Part shown: positions 1-12,665 of the stretch, piece by piece
Layout of the letters: each line of letters opens with the position of its first letter
How positions within the stretch are numbered: position 1 is the stretch's first letter
Source: Carcharhinus longimanus
Lineage: Eukaryota
DNA: 64,000 nucleotides
Reading direction: 5' to 3'
Assembly (NCBI GenBank): GCA_030264375.1
Contig: JASCQW010000032.1
Location: forward strand, 66,855,174-66,919,173
Translations under genes and position numbers: made by a program
The notes under the pieces: generated by a model
Seen by the model: only the letters and a program-made list of their open reading frames with translations
The model's database searches: none
What the model was told of the DNA's origin: nothing

Positions 1-159
1 AGGAAAGATTGAAAACAGGACAGAAGGTATGTGTGAAGGCTCATCAAGTGAATGGCAGGTGGATAACATTAAAGGTGGGCTTTCACCCCATGGTTTAGAC
101 AAAGAACTCAACATTGTTTTGGATATTTGAAATAAAATAAATCTCTATGGGCAAAAGGA

Positions 160-1043
160 TATTGGGTGGTATCTTCAGCCCATGCTCATTTTCCGCGAGG
201 TTGCCAGTCAGGGTTCAATATTTGGAAGCCACAGTCCTTGCCAGCAAGAACACAATTTTGAATATTCTCCACTCCTTGCTGCTGACATTATCAGATTTAC
301 ATGGATTGCTAATTATTTTATTATTAACCCTCTCCAGTTATTCATTCCCTGCCATATCATCAAACTGTGCCGACATGAAGTCACATCAGCGCGGTTTTCA
401 GAACCTGTTGTGGAGTCTTCCGGGAGCATAAAGGTAAGTATAGCGCCCAGAGGAAGGAGACATGGCCAGGCAGTGGCCTAGAACTGCCTCTTGGCACAGG
501 TTGGCACTGCCATGCCAGCATAATTAAGGACCCCACTCACCCTGGTTATACCCTCTTCCATCTTCTTCCTTCAGGAGAACGGTACAGAAAGTCATGTACC
601 AACCGACTCAAGAACAGCTTCTTCCCTGCTGCTGTTAGACTTTTGAATGGACTTACTTTGCATTAAATTGATCTTTCTCTACACCCTAGCTATGACTGTA
701 ACATGACATTCTGTGCTCCCCCCTTTCCTTCTCTATGAACAGTATGCTTTGTCTGTGTACTGCGCAAGAAACAATGCTCTTCACTGTATGTTAATACATG
801 TGACAATAATAAATCACATCAAGTCAAATCAAATCAAATCAAAATGTCTTCTTGGCATTGCTGACCTGTGCCAGGGGTTGGCCCCCATGGAAACCTCATG
901 GGAGGGGGTGAGGACAGATTCATTCCAGAGGAGCAGACAGAGAAACAGGGGATGCCAGTGAGGGGGGTGCTGGCTATGACTGTTGGGGGGGGGGTGCTAA
1001 TGTTTGGGGCGGGGTAGAGAAGTGCCGATTCTGCTTAGAGGTG
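160..1043. mobile_element. Degenerate non-autonomous DNA-transposon-like (Harbinger-type) sequence interrupted by a Rex-Babar fragment
   Basis: GC-rich with TGGCACTGCC-type motifs also seen at 36.85-36.93 kb; family assignment is tentative. Confidence 0.3.
525..844 (+). mobile_element. Rex1/Babar-clade LINE, 3' end
   Basis: Degenerate HPGYTLFHLLPSG.RY...TNRLKNSFFPAAVRLLN ORF end, then a 3' UTR ending gtgacaataataaa plus (TCAAA)n; same family as 60370-60920. Confidence 0.8.
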
Positions 1044-3261
1044 NNNNNNNNNNNNNNNNNNNNNNNNNNNNNNNNNNNNNNNNNNNNNNNNNNNNNNNNN
1101 NNNNNNNNNNNNNNNNNNNNNNNNNNNNAGAAGGGAACCCCAATCTCTCTGCAGATGGAGTTTGTCATTGTGCTGGAGTCAGGAACCCCCCTACTCCCAT
1201 TCCCCCCCTCCCCCCTCCCTTCCCGCACCATATGACAGCGTAAAATACACTCCTTTGATTTATTTTGGCAGAGTATTGGCAGATCTGGAGAGAAACATGA
1301 AGTTTTTTCACCGGCAACAACACTTTGCCATTTTTTGGTAGGATTTTCCCCCCTCTCATCAATAATTCATCCAGGTCCATCTCTGAAAAAAAGGGTGTAG
1401 AGAATAAGAGACTTTGGACGACTTTATGCAATATATGCTGGGGAGAAACTCCTAAGGATAGCTCCATGTTATTGGGTGGTGTGGAGGTATGAAACACTGA
1501 GAAGAAAAAGAAGAAAGAACTATCTTACACATCAGCTACGAACATCCCTTTTCCCCCCCCAACCATCTCCCCCATCTCGCGATCTGGACTGGTACTCACG
1601 ATCACAGTTTTAGCTGTGTAGTAGTATTCTACATCCCACCACATTGGTTATAATCGATCAGGTAATGATAACATCAACACAGTGGGAAACATTAAAACAT
1701 CCAGAATAGGAAAGCAGGTTGCGGAGAAAGGATGGGAGGTGGAAGAAGACTTGACAGGGGAGTTGGAAGGGAAAATCAAGGAGGGTTGATTAGGAAAAGA
1801 GGAGAGGCTGGGTAGAGGAAGATGGGGTGGGAGGAGGAGAAGAGTGTGTAATGGAGAGTGTGATAGTGATAAAGGAGAATGGAGAGAGACAGGAGAATGA
1901 GGGTGCAGAAATTGGATATGCGGGGGACAGGAATAGGGGAGAGGAAGATGAATGGAGGGAATGGGGAGAGGGGAGGGAGAAGAAGAGAACAGATACTCCG
2001 CAGTTGTTGGAAAACGTTAAGGAAGTCGGTAGCTTTAAGGTTAATAAGAATTTAATGCGATAAAAATTAATGAGGAGAAAATATATGCAAACTTGTTCTG
2101 ATCAGAATGGCCTTATTAATGGTATAACCTGTATATGTCTTTCCACATTAACAAAGCACTTTAGGTTATATTAGAAAAAAATGCTCTAATTAGTGGTGAA
2201 CAGGGTGCTATTTACTTAATTGCAATGCCTGCCAATCAAGCTTTGTTTCAGGCTCTTTTAAGAAATAACATCTGGATGAAATTTTGCCTGGGTATTAATA
2301 ATAGTGAAATCCTCTTCCTAACAACTAAGAAAGGGAATGAACAGTCTGCCTCAAGACGCCTGATCTGTTTTATCCTTGTTAATAATATTTAATGAAATGG
2401 CAAATATCAGCAGTTCAATGTCGGCCAGTTACAAAGGAGGCTGCTTTAGTCTGCGTGAATATTAAGAGGCATTTTTGATTGGGTTTAAAATTCTGATTGT
2501 GCAGCCTAAATTTTAAGCATGAAAATTGTGTTTGTAATTTTTGCCACAGGGCCTCATTGCAAACCAATTTACACAGTACCTAAAGTGGGCTGTGAAGGAT
2601 GAACAGATTATGTGATGTATTTTACAACATCATGGTGCAGCAATTCAATCACATCAGCACGTGCCTGCTCACTTGGATGCAAAAACTGTGTGAAATTGGT
2701 GCAGGCAGCTCACTGTACCGAAACACGTGTGTAGCCAGCCCTATCTTACAGCCGTGTACCTATTTGAGACTATATCAAGCACTTCTGATGGCACTTAAAG
2801 GCTGTCTCTAGCTTTTAAAGTGGAGATACACTTTGGCTGTGGGCAGCAGATAACTTTTCCAAAGTAGGAAAATAGCCAAGGAACTATTGATTGGTCTCCC
2901 AGGTCCAACTGATGTCACCATGGAGGCCTTCTCCCAGGTGGTGGATGGGGGCGGGGTGGGGGGGATCCTCTTCACCTCTTTACCTACCAGGAGGCTGTAA
3001 ATCTACCCCAAGCAACATCCGCATCACCAATTAAAAATGGTGATAGGAGAGGTCAAAGCAGGGAGTTCTCCTTACATGGCTACAATGCCATAAAAAAGTT
3101 TGATCATTTCAGCAGAGTTGTCAAGGTGGTTTGGGCGAACCACGCAAATTGTCATAGACATCAGCGGGACCGGAATATCCAGCTGGCAGCCAATGGAAAG
3201 CCACCTCCTCAATTGGAAAATCCACCCATTTGTTCCCTAATAAAACACCATTACCGCATCA

Positions 3262-3760
3262 CCAACCAGGCCTCCCCCTGACAACTCTGAGGTTGGACCA
3301 AACTATTTGCAACCTTGGTGCCATACTTGACCCGGAGCTGAGGTTCTGACCACGCATCCACACCATCTCCAAGACCACCTATTTCCATCACCACCTTAAC
3401 ATTGCTCAGCTGCATCCCTGCCTTAGCTTACTTGCTGCTGAAACCCTTAGCCATGCTTTGGTTACATCTAGACTTGACGAATGGGGTTTTATAGCCTCAG
3501 TAGGGCGAGATTGTAAAATCCCACCTAAGACCAACGGAGATTTCCATTCTAGGAATTTTGTTTACCCAGATTCCAGGACGGGCAAGGTGGTAAGTTTCGG
3601 CTGACTATTCCACTTCTATGTGGTTTCCCACATTCTATCCTCTGTAAACTGGAGGCCATCTAAAGCTCTGCGTCCTTATTCACACCAAATCCTTTTCACC
3701 CAGTTCTCCTGTGCTTGTTGACCTGCACTTGTCCCAGTTATGCAACATTTCAAAATTTAC
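3262..3760 (+). mobile_element. L2 LINE fragment (RT C-terminal region) split by a MITE
   Basis: Degenerate NLGAILDPEL..PRIHTISKTTYFH...AAETLSHALVTSRLD|Y...PVLVDLH motifs typical of L2 ORF2. Confidence 0.75.
3479..3602. mobile_element. MITE inserted in L2
   Basis: Interrupts the SRLD|Y codons, with GAC duplicated on both sides (3476-3478, 3603-3605); internal sequence resembles 26733-26858. Confidence 0.6.
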
Positions 3761-4544
3761 ACCCCTTTTTGGCAGCCAACCCACTCTCCCTTCACACTAA
3801 AAGCTAACTTCTGTCCCTCACTTTAGGAGTTCAGCTTCTAAAATTGTCAAGGTATTTGTACCAGTGGAGGAAGATGATGGGAGCCTTCCTTAAGTGTTGC
3901 CTGATTTGACTCTATCGAGCGCCAGTTTAGAGACTGGAAGTTGGGAGAGAAATTATGGGCTCTAGTGCTTTTCTTCATTTAGGCCTTTTGACCCTCCCTC
4001 CCTCTGACCTTTTCTTTCACTTTACCCCCTCACATCCCTTGTGTGCCCAGAATTGGGAAGCATTGTCACAGTGGGATGAACTTTCATGCAGGTTTAGGAA
4101 AACCACTTGAATTTGGTACTATGTGCCTCTAAAGCCCATTGAAAAAATCTCAGATTTTGGGATAATACACTTTACAACCATGGCAAATTGGTCACTCATG
4201 TTACGCAACCAACTCCACTTCTTTGAACCTGGCCCTGTGCACTGTCCAGACAGCAACATCGAAAGACGTGAACCTCACAATCACCACAAACATCAACAAT
4301 TGAGAATTTTCGGAACTAACAATTACACATTCTATTCGCACAAGACTCTTAGCTTCACTTAAGTTTAAAAAAGGCAAACTCTTACAGTACCAACCGGTTC
4401 ACCTGCAAGAATGTGCTATTTCCATCCACACATTGGCTTTGTTAACCAAAAAAATTACACTTTGCATTGAGTGATAAATATTTTCTCATTTTAAATTGAA
4501 ACTACCCACACTTACAAATGCCTGGCTCAAATTACAGGAGCTCA

Positions 4545-4770
4545 TATTAGTGTGGATGCTGGAATTCTGAAATATAAACAGAAAATGCTGGACGTACTCA
4601 GCAGGTTAGGCAGCTTCTGTGGGGAGAGAAACAGAATCAATGCTGCAGATCCATGTTCTGCACTAGTTCTGATGAAGGATTACTCACGTCGGCTTTTCCC
4701 TCCACAGGTGCCATCAGGCGTCTTAAGAATTTACAGAAGTTTCTGTTTCTACTGCAGCAAAAATAACTCC
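4545..4770. repeat. Short hairpin-type repeat, probably derived from a Penelope-like element terminal repeat
   Basis: aaacagaaaatgctgg..ctcagcagg..gcagc.tctgtgg.gagagaaacag arm, a central CTGATGAAG and a degenerate inverted arm; related copies at 20360-20570, 36325-36425 and 54575-54685. Confidence 0.6.
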
Positions 4771-5044
4771 TGATNNNNNNNNNNNNNNNNNNNNNNNNNN
4801 NNNNNNNNNNNNNNNNNNNNNNNNNNNNNNNNNNNNNNNNNNNNNNNNNNNNNNNNNNNNNNNNNNNNNNNNNNCCTGATGCCACCACCCCCCACCCCCC
4901 CGAAAAAAAATCAAACTTCTTGTGAACCTCTCATTCTCCTTCAGCAAGAAACCCAACGGCAGCAGCCTGAGATCTGCCTTGATGTAATATTAAACACAAA
5001 TTGCAAAAAAGAAAACATAAATAACATGTTGACAGAAAAGCAAT

Positions 5045-5177
5045 GGCCAGAACACTTCGGTCTTGCACTCCCCGCTGCTAGCGAGAATGGGGAATTTGGC
5101 GCTCAGCCAACTGTCTGTTCACTGCAGCGTGACTGGAGAATCCCAACTGCCCCAGGCAAGATCAGAGAATTTGGGCC
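5045..5177. mobile_element. PIF/Harbinger-like MITE
   Basis: GGCC...GGCC inverted termini, flanked by AAT on both sides (5042-5044, 5178-5180); homologous to 25228-25363. Confidence 0.65.
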
Positions 5178-8100
5178 AATGTCAAAGCAATAAATTGATA
5201 ATGTTTTAATAACTGTAAATAATAAAATGATCATAAAATGTGCCTAGCAGCAGAGACAATTATTAAAAGCAATTTTAGTTTATTGTCAGGGAGGAATGGG
5301 GATAGAGGTGAGAAACTAAGCACTTTATCCCATCTTGTGCTCCAGCAGCATCCTACCAGGCCTGAAGTGAAGAAAGTGCCAATGAAACAGAACAGTCCTC
5401 ATAGAAGTCTTAGCAGGCAGTAAGAAAGGAAGGACTCGGGAGTCCTGTCCATCCTCATGGGCCAATGATTGCAGCTATTCAGAAGAGTATTGATGGAGGC
5501 TTCAAGTGAGTTCCACTACTCCTGAACTCTGTTCTTGTGGAGAGCAGGAACAAGGCAGTCTCATGAGATTGGCAGCTCCATGGGAGAAGCATTTGCTGTT
5601 CTATCTCAAGATGAGGAGGTGCCTGTGTTGCTGCTACTCCATCTATCAGCTGATCCAGACTGACCAGGCCCAGACCACCATGCTGCAGTTTGCAGCTAAA
5701 TTCTCAAAGCTCAGAACTGTCAAGATCTCCCATCAGGGTTACATGTATTGTTCTCAATGGAAGCTCAGCAGCTTTCTATCCTTCATGCTGTAGTTGTAGC
5801 TACTGAGGAAACGGGTTATATGAATTCTTTGTTTGGAAATCAAGTGCAGAAGACTGACCCTGGGGGGAGAGAAAGACTTCCAGTGAGTGCCAATTGAGTC
5901 AGTCCATTTGCAGTTATTTACCTTGAAATCCCGCTACTCCTATCTTGCCTAACCTTTTGACAGGCAGGGTGTCGTGCAGTTGGCTCCAAGGGTCTACAGT
6001 TGAGGGCAGGACATTTGCAGGTAAATAAGCTATGCCCTCTTTTAATGGCATTAGCCTTGTGGGGGTTCGGCAGGTGGGGGAGTCCTATGGGGGTTTGGGT
6101 TAGGTCAGTGATATATTTACTCAGAAGCTGGAAATGGAAGCGTTCTCCAGTGAAACCTCTTTGGGGTAACTTCTAGTTACATTGTCCTGGAACTTAGACG
6201 TTACAGCCTGGGGATTCATAATAATAACTTTTAATCATTTAAGTCTGGTGAGTTATTGAAGCAAAGGCCTCAATTTGAACTCCCCACAACTAGGTTTTCT
6301 GATGACAACCTGTTTAGCAATAGGACAACATTTCTCTTTAGCATTGTTAGCTAGAGTGGAGGTAAGGGGCAAAATCAATGAGGATTCTTGCTTCTGATTA
6401 GTATCTGCTGATGTTAGGTATAAATTGTGGGAAGCACATGANNNNNNNNNNNNNNNNNNNNNNNNNNNNNNNNNNNNNNNNNNNNNNNNNNNNNNNNNNN
6501 NNNNNNNNNNNNNNNNNNNNNNNNNNNNNNNNNNNNNNNNNAAACAGAAGATGAATGCAGAATTGAAGTAGACTGTGAATAGGCTACTCCAATTGTTTAA
6601 TAATCCATTACTCATTATTTAGTATCATAAAAATAGCAATAGCCAATTTTTATATTTCCAGGTCCGCATTCCAAGTATTCTCAGACCACAAAGACTGTCC
6701 TTTTCCAATATTCCCAGTCACAGCCTAACCTTACCCCAGCCACCCCTCTGCTTCTCCCACACCCACGACCTTCACTACTCCCACATCTACCACCTTCACC
6801 ACATATAACAACAATCGTTTACAAGATAACATAGGTATAATTACATAATTTGAGCCCAAAAATACTGCTGACATTCCAATAAGATAAAACAAAAATGCCA
6901 TTTCATTGATGAATCACTGGTTTTCACAATGTATTGTGGGATCCAAAGCATAATCCATATATTCTTTGCCTTGCCATCAGTAATAACATAGGGGATCTGT
7001 GAGTTATGTATGTGCAGATATATAAATATAAAATAATTTCAGATTAACAGATTGATTTTACTCAGCACTGCTCAGTCTCTATGCCAGCCTTGGCACTCTG
7101 CGCAGTTGCCAGCTGTTTGCGCATCTCATGACCACAACATCAGTGTCATTTACATAAATCACAATTATTGAGGGAGAATCTGTGATTGATTGCTGAAAAA
7201 TTCTTTGTCCAACATGGATTTGTAAATGCATGGCATACAATTGTTAATCCTTCAGTATGAATATCATTCCGCATTGACACGCTGCCTAGCTTGACAGTGT
7301 TGGAAATCTGTGCTTTGTCTCAAAGCTGGCACCAAAATGAAGCAGAATAGGATCAAACTGGTGCATAAAATTAAACGAATAGTGGTGCATTATAGTCTAT
7401 AATAATGGACGGTTATATTAAGCTGAATTTTGTCAATTTATGATCTTTTGTTATAAAGGTCTGTCAACTGACATGAATGCGCTTATGGTTTACTCTTAAG
7501 CATCTGCCCTTCTTGCCAAAGAAAGTAGGAATTGGAAACAGAAAATAACGCCCCAATAAATGGATATCTAAGCTAACTAATTAGTAATCTCTGGAATCAT
7601 AACCATGACAACAGCGGAAAAAGAAGTTAGCTTTTTGCTATTTCACATCTCCTTTGATGTCACGAGGTGTCGCATTACCTTAAACTGTGGAGAACTTATC
7701 ATCGCTTTTATGTCTATTTAATAGTCTATTTGAGCACATTAATTATTGAATTTGTTTCTGTCTAAGCAGAACTAATTACAAGCTTTGCACTGGTGCAATA
7801 TTACACTGGGCTAGTTGCTTTCAGAAGGATCATTCCTACACATATCTTCCGATGGTGATCTTGTCTCAAGACTTTGTAATGCTGTCTTGGACTGATGGCT
7901 GCTGCTTAAATAAGAAAAGAAAGTGCTGGCGTTATGCTTTGGAGTAGGGGCAGACGTCCGTTTGAATCCCTTGACAGGGAAGAAAGAAATTTAGGAGGTG
8001 TGAATGATGTGTGAGTGGCTGCTGGTGCTTTCTGGTGGATGGGCATGAATAATATTGACAGCAACTCTTTTAATGATGTCAGATTGATGAAGCATAGTAG

Positions 8101-10590
8101 AATGTCCTAATGAAATGGGGGGTGGGGGGGGGGAGGTGGATTTATCCAAATATCCCCGCAATGTGAAAAAGTATTACTGCCTTATAATAGATCTTCACTA
8201 TTCTCTGTGATGATGATTATGTCAATATAAACATTGGAAACCGAGCCTGAATACAAGACACAAAATCTTGTGAAAATAATGAAAGTATGGTTCTGACATT
8301 TACTCCTCTTTTGACTATTGCTCAAGTACTTTCCTTGATTATCTCCAATCATAAGCACAGGATTTTGAGGCAGCTTATTTCTGAAAGGTTTCCAGGCTAC
8401 ATTCACAAGCCCTGTGTTTTCCTAGAATGATAATGAGACAAAATATACAGCAGGTGTACACAGAACAGAATCAAATATTGGATGACTCTCACAGATCCTC
8501 AATGAAAAATTGTGGCGTGAGCTGGAACCATCTTGCTGCCAAGAATGAAAAGAGCACAATAAATGAAATTTAAAGCAGGAATTTTACAATTCCAGCAATT
8601 AGTAAAGGTAGGGTTACATTTAGCGCATAGATAATGCACTTCCACCAATAATAGTAAGCAAACAAATGATAACAAGTTACGAACAAGGCACCCATCCCCC
8701 CCTAAAGAAAACATATTGGCAGTTTTACTTTCAGTTAATATTTATTTCATGGCTACAGTAATTATATGTCATGGTGGTTTATTAAACTGAGACGGAGATT
8801 GTGAGTTAGGCCATTATGTGCTACAATGATGCGATGGAAGACATCTATTCATAAGTTCCTTAACAAAATTACATTCTTAAATACATACCATGAAATCAGC
8901 ACTGAAGTTTGTGTAACATTAATTAATATATTAATGAGTGGCTCTTAAATTATTGTTGGGGAGGGCGCAGCAAGATTATCAAGGGCGCACAAAGAATCAT
9001 GGGTCTGTCCCTCAAATTCACAGAGGAGACAAAACATCATTCACCAATGTGCTCATGCTATGCCAATGCCCCTTAGCTTGCCTTACAACTGAAATGGGAA
9101 GTTGAAGATATTGACCCAGGGGAAGGAACAACTAGAGGAAACAAAAGAAGAACAAGAAATATTACACAGTCTATTATTCTTTTGGATGGGCTAGGAGGGA
9201 GGCATGCATGGATTATGAATCTCTGAAGGAGCCTACAGCTAAAAAAAGGAACCCGTAATATAGATAAATGAAAAGTGTGAAATGAACCCTAGCAAGGTGC
9301 ACTGAAACTTTGGGATTAAACAACAACAATTCTCAACCTGAAGGATTGAGACTCTATGCTTTTAATAGTTCATATTCCAGACAAGAGAATTGGGTCGACT
9401 TATCACTGGTAATGACCACGTCATTGAATTTGCTGACATTATTACTAGACATGTCTTTTTGTGGTAATTTTAATGGACAATTAATTTACAAGTATATTAG
9501 TTTTATGAAAATCTTGGAGAAGATGAGGTGCCTTTTTTGTGAAGGAGAAATTAGTGGCAATTTGCACAGGGTAAGTGTTAGAAGTCCAGATTTGGATTCG
9601 GGTGTTGCTATGTATCCATCTCCAAATTAAAGAATTAAGTCTGAGCCGTTTGTTGTCTGCTGGAAAACATCGGTGCTTAGATAATGCATGCAGTTATTAG
9701 TGTAATAATTGGACACCCGATTATTATATTAATATCTGCATGCAGTGGATTAAGAGATAACCCAGAAATTGAGAAACACCACAAATTTCTGCTTCACAAA
9801 AAACATTTCACCTATAACCTTTTTGTGGTTTTCATGCATAAGCCCCTTAAAATGGTTGCAGAGAGCTAAGCTGAACTATTTATAATGTGAGCATTTTTGA
9901 ACAGTGGAATAATTATTAATGACAGCCAATCAACCTTCCTTGGCCAGAAAGTGAACTGTTAAAAGCATGGAGTCTCACTTCTTCAGTTTCAAACTGTGAA
10001 ATGGTGTTGGGGATTTTAAAAATGTCAAACGCAAAATTTCTATTTTGATTTACTTTTCCTTTGTCTCTAACTGCTAATCCAATTTTCTTTCTTTCCCTTT
10101 ATCTCTCTTCCTGTACCTGATTTAATATTCAATTCACCCACTCTAATTCATCCTCCTTTTACAGAGCTGTTTTATTCTCATTCCTTAAGTTTTATTGTTT
10201 AAGGAGATATATTGTTTGTCACATCATCTGCCAAGGTTCCCCTATTGTCCTTGTTCCACCATTGCCCAACAACTTAAAGTACAGCAAGGCTGTAAGCTAA
10301 AGGGTGCAGGTTAAAGCCAAATAACTGACGAAGCCATGAGATGCCCAGTCCTGAAGAATTTCAGTGCATTGTTATCCCGTAAGCATTTCAATTTGTGTTT
10401 ACTGTTTGGTGATAATGAAGAAGTGGTTATAGTTGCTGTGCAAATTATCAATGAGCCAAGTTGCAAATCTACTTTTGTCAATGCAATCTATTGTTGTGAC
10501 TCTGAAATATTTATTATAATTAATGATGTTTAGGTTGATTTCTAAATGAAATGTTATAAACACAAGACCAAGTTTCAGCTTTCATCATCT

Positions 10591-10880
10591 TACTTATTAG
10601 TGTCACAAGTAGGCTTAAATTAACATTGCAATGAAGTTACTGTGAAAATCCTCTAGTCGCCACAGTATGGCACCTGTTTGTGTACACTGAGGAAGAATTT
10701 AGCATGGCCAATGCATCTAACTAGCACTTCTTTCGGCCTGTGGGAGGAAACCAGAGCACCCGAAGGAAACCTACGCTGCTACAGAGAAAATGTGCAGACT
10801 CCACGCAGGCAGTGACCCAAGCCAGGAATTGAGCCCAGGTCCCTGGCACTGTGAGGCAGGACTGCTAACCACTGTGTCAT
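10591..10880 (-). mobile_element. HE1/V-SINE-type tRNA SINE, tail type B
   Basis: tRNA-like head (cagtggttagc...gggctcaattcc), central ggtttcct.cggg/tgctc.ggtttcctcccaca domain, tail ending cctacttgtgacactaataa. Confidence 0.85.
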
Positions 10881-12439
10881 CTGCATTATCTAGATAGTGG
10901 ATTTCCTTAATATGGCTGGGTGGCTGCTTGCTGTTTATATCCTGTTGATATCATTGTAAAGTTCAGAAAACTATTCTGAGTGAGATTAGTGATCATAAAG
11001 AGCGAGGCTGATCAGAAACTAATTTAAACACTTGGACCAGTATTCAGTTAGACATATCAAAATAGATTGCATGTTTAAAGCAAAATGATTGTGAATCATT
11101 GCAGATAAGTGAGACACAATGGGTAAGCCTTGATCTGTGGTGATAAGAAAATGTGTTGCTTTTTATGTCTCTTTCTGCAGCTTGTCATCTCAAAAGATAT
11201 TGTTGCAGCCATTGATTGAAAGCCTGATATTGATATTTTGGGCACTAGCAAGATATTCATGGGTACCTCTCACCTCTCATGTATCATGTTGTTTACTAAT
11301 ATAATTTGCATCCTCAAGGACCTCCATATTAGCCAACTGATTGTACAATTGACTATAAATTAGCCTAAATCTTCTGGTATCTGGGTTGTCTTAGATAGGA
11401 TGTAAGTTGAGATATGCACAATTCCACACAAAAGCCCTGATGCACACTTACGCATGGAAATTGATCAGCAAATTGAAACTTCTAATGGGCTGATTTCCAC
11501 TGCTCTGGACCTCCTGTGAAAGCTTTTGACACTGAGCATAGTATCACGGACTTGCGCCAGATTCCTTGGGATTACCTGCACCTAGGAAGTGTTATGCTGG
11601 TTAATAACCTATCTAATCCAGTGATAAACCAGCATATTTCATCTGAGCATCGAGGCTGACACCCATCTCTGCCTGTCAGCAATCTGAGCAGGCTTGATGA
11701 CAACAATGTGAGCAGGCTTGATGGACTACCCCCACAACCACCTCCCCTCACCACCCAATTACCCCCTCCCCTCCAGCCATCTGACCATCCCCCCCATCCA
11801 TTCACTAAAAACGTGGTGGAATATGGCAGCTCCTTTTGCAAAATGGGGACATGTCCTCTCCTCGTCCATCTTTTCTTGCAACTGTCAGTCTTCCCTGTGG
11901 AAGTCTGTGCTGAGCCATTGACATTTCAGATAGGTTGGGAGGTCTCGGTGGAATATTGCAAAAGGGTTGGATCACAGAAATCGTCAATGGGTGCAGCGCC
12001 AAAACTGAATGGAAGACATTTTAATGTTATTTAATGATAAATAACGTTTGAAATTATACTTTATAAGGGAGGATAGTGCATGATTGCTGCTTTAGCCTAA
12101 GTCACTGATGTCTTGCACATTATTTATCAAAATTACTTGCTTAATTGTACATTATATAGTTAGGTGAAGAGGGGTGGGAAGAGAGCCTTCGAAACAGAAA
12201 CAGTGGTGAAGGCTACTTAGGAGAAATAGCCTGTTTCTGTGCTAGACATTCTATTCAATTATAATTCTCGTGCTTGTTAATAATTGGAATGTAATCAAAT
12301 TACTATTCTGTTTGTTAAAATCTGAAACAAGAATTTCCTCAATTATTTTCAAATCTACTGTTGATCACTGGCGAATCAAGTGTTCTTAATGTATGGAAGC
12401 ATTAAAATTGACCTTTGTATCCTGGATTAGAAAAGGCAC

Positions 12440-12665
12440 AGAAAGAAAATGTATTCAGTGTTCCAGTGCCTGATCATTATCAGTAACTGCTTTGAATGTA
12501 AAGTGGGCATCTGTGAATATCAGTGATATGATTAATCTCGGCTATTGTGTGACTGGGGGTCTAAAGGCCTGGTGACATTTACACTCTGGCTTTACACATT
12601 AACAATTGTCACTTACTATGGGAGCCTGCCAGTGACTATGGAACTGTACCTAGCATGGGGTAGCA
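12440..12665 (+). repeat. Possible highly decayed ancient SINE
   Basis: Resembles from memory an old chondrichthyan repeat (cctgatcattatcag...tggaactgtacc.agca); not verified. Confidence 0.25.
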
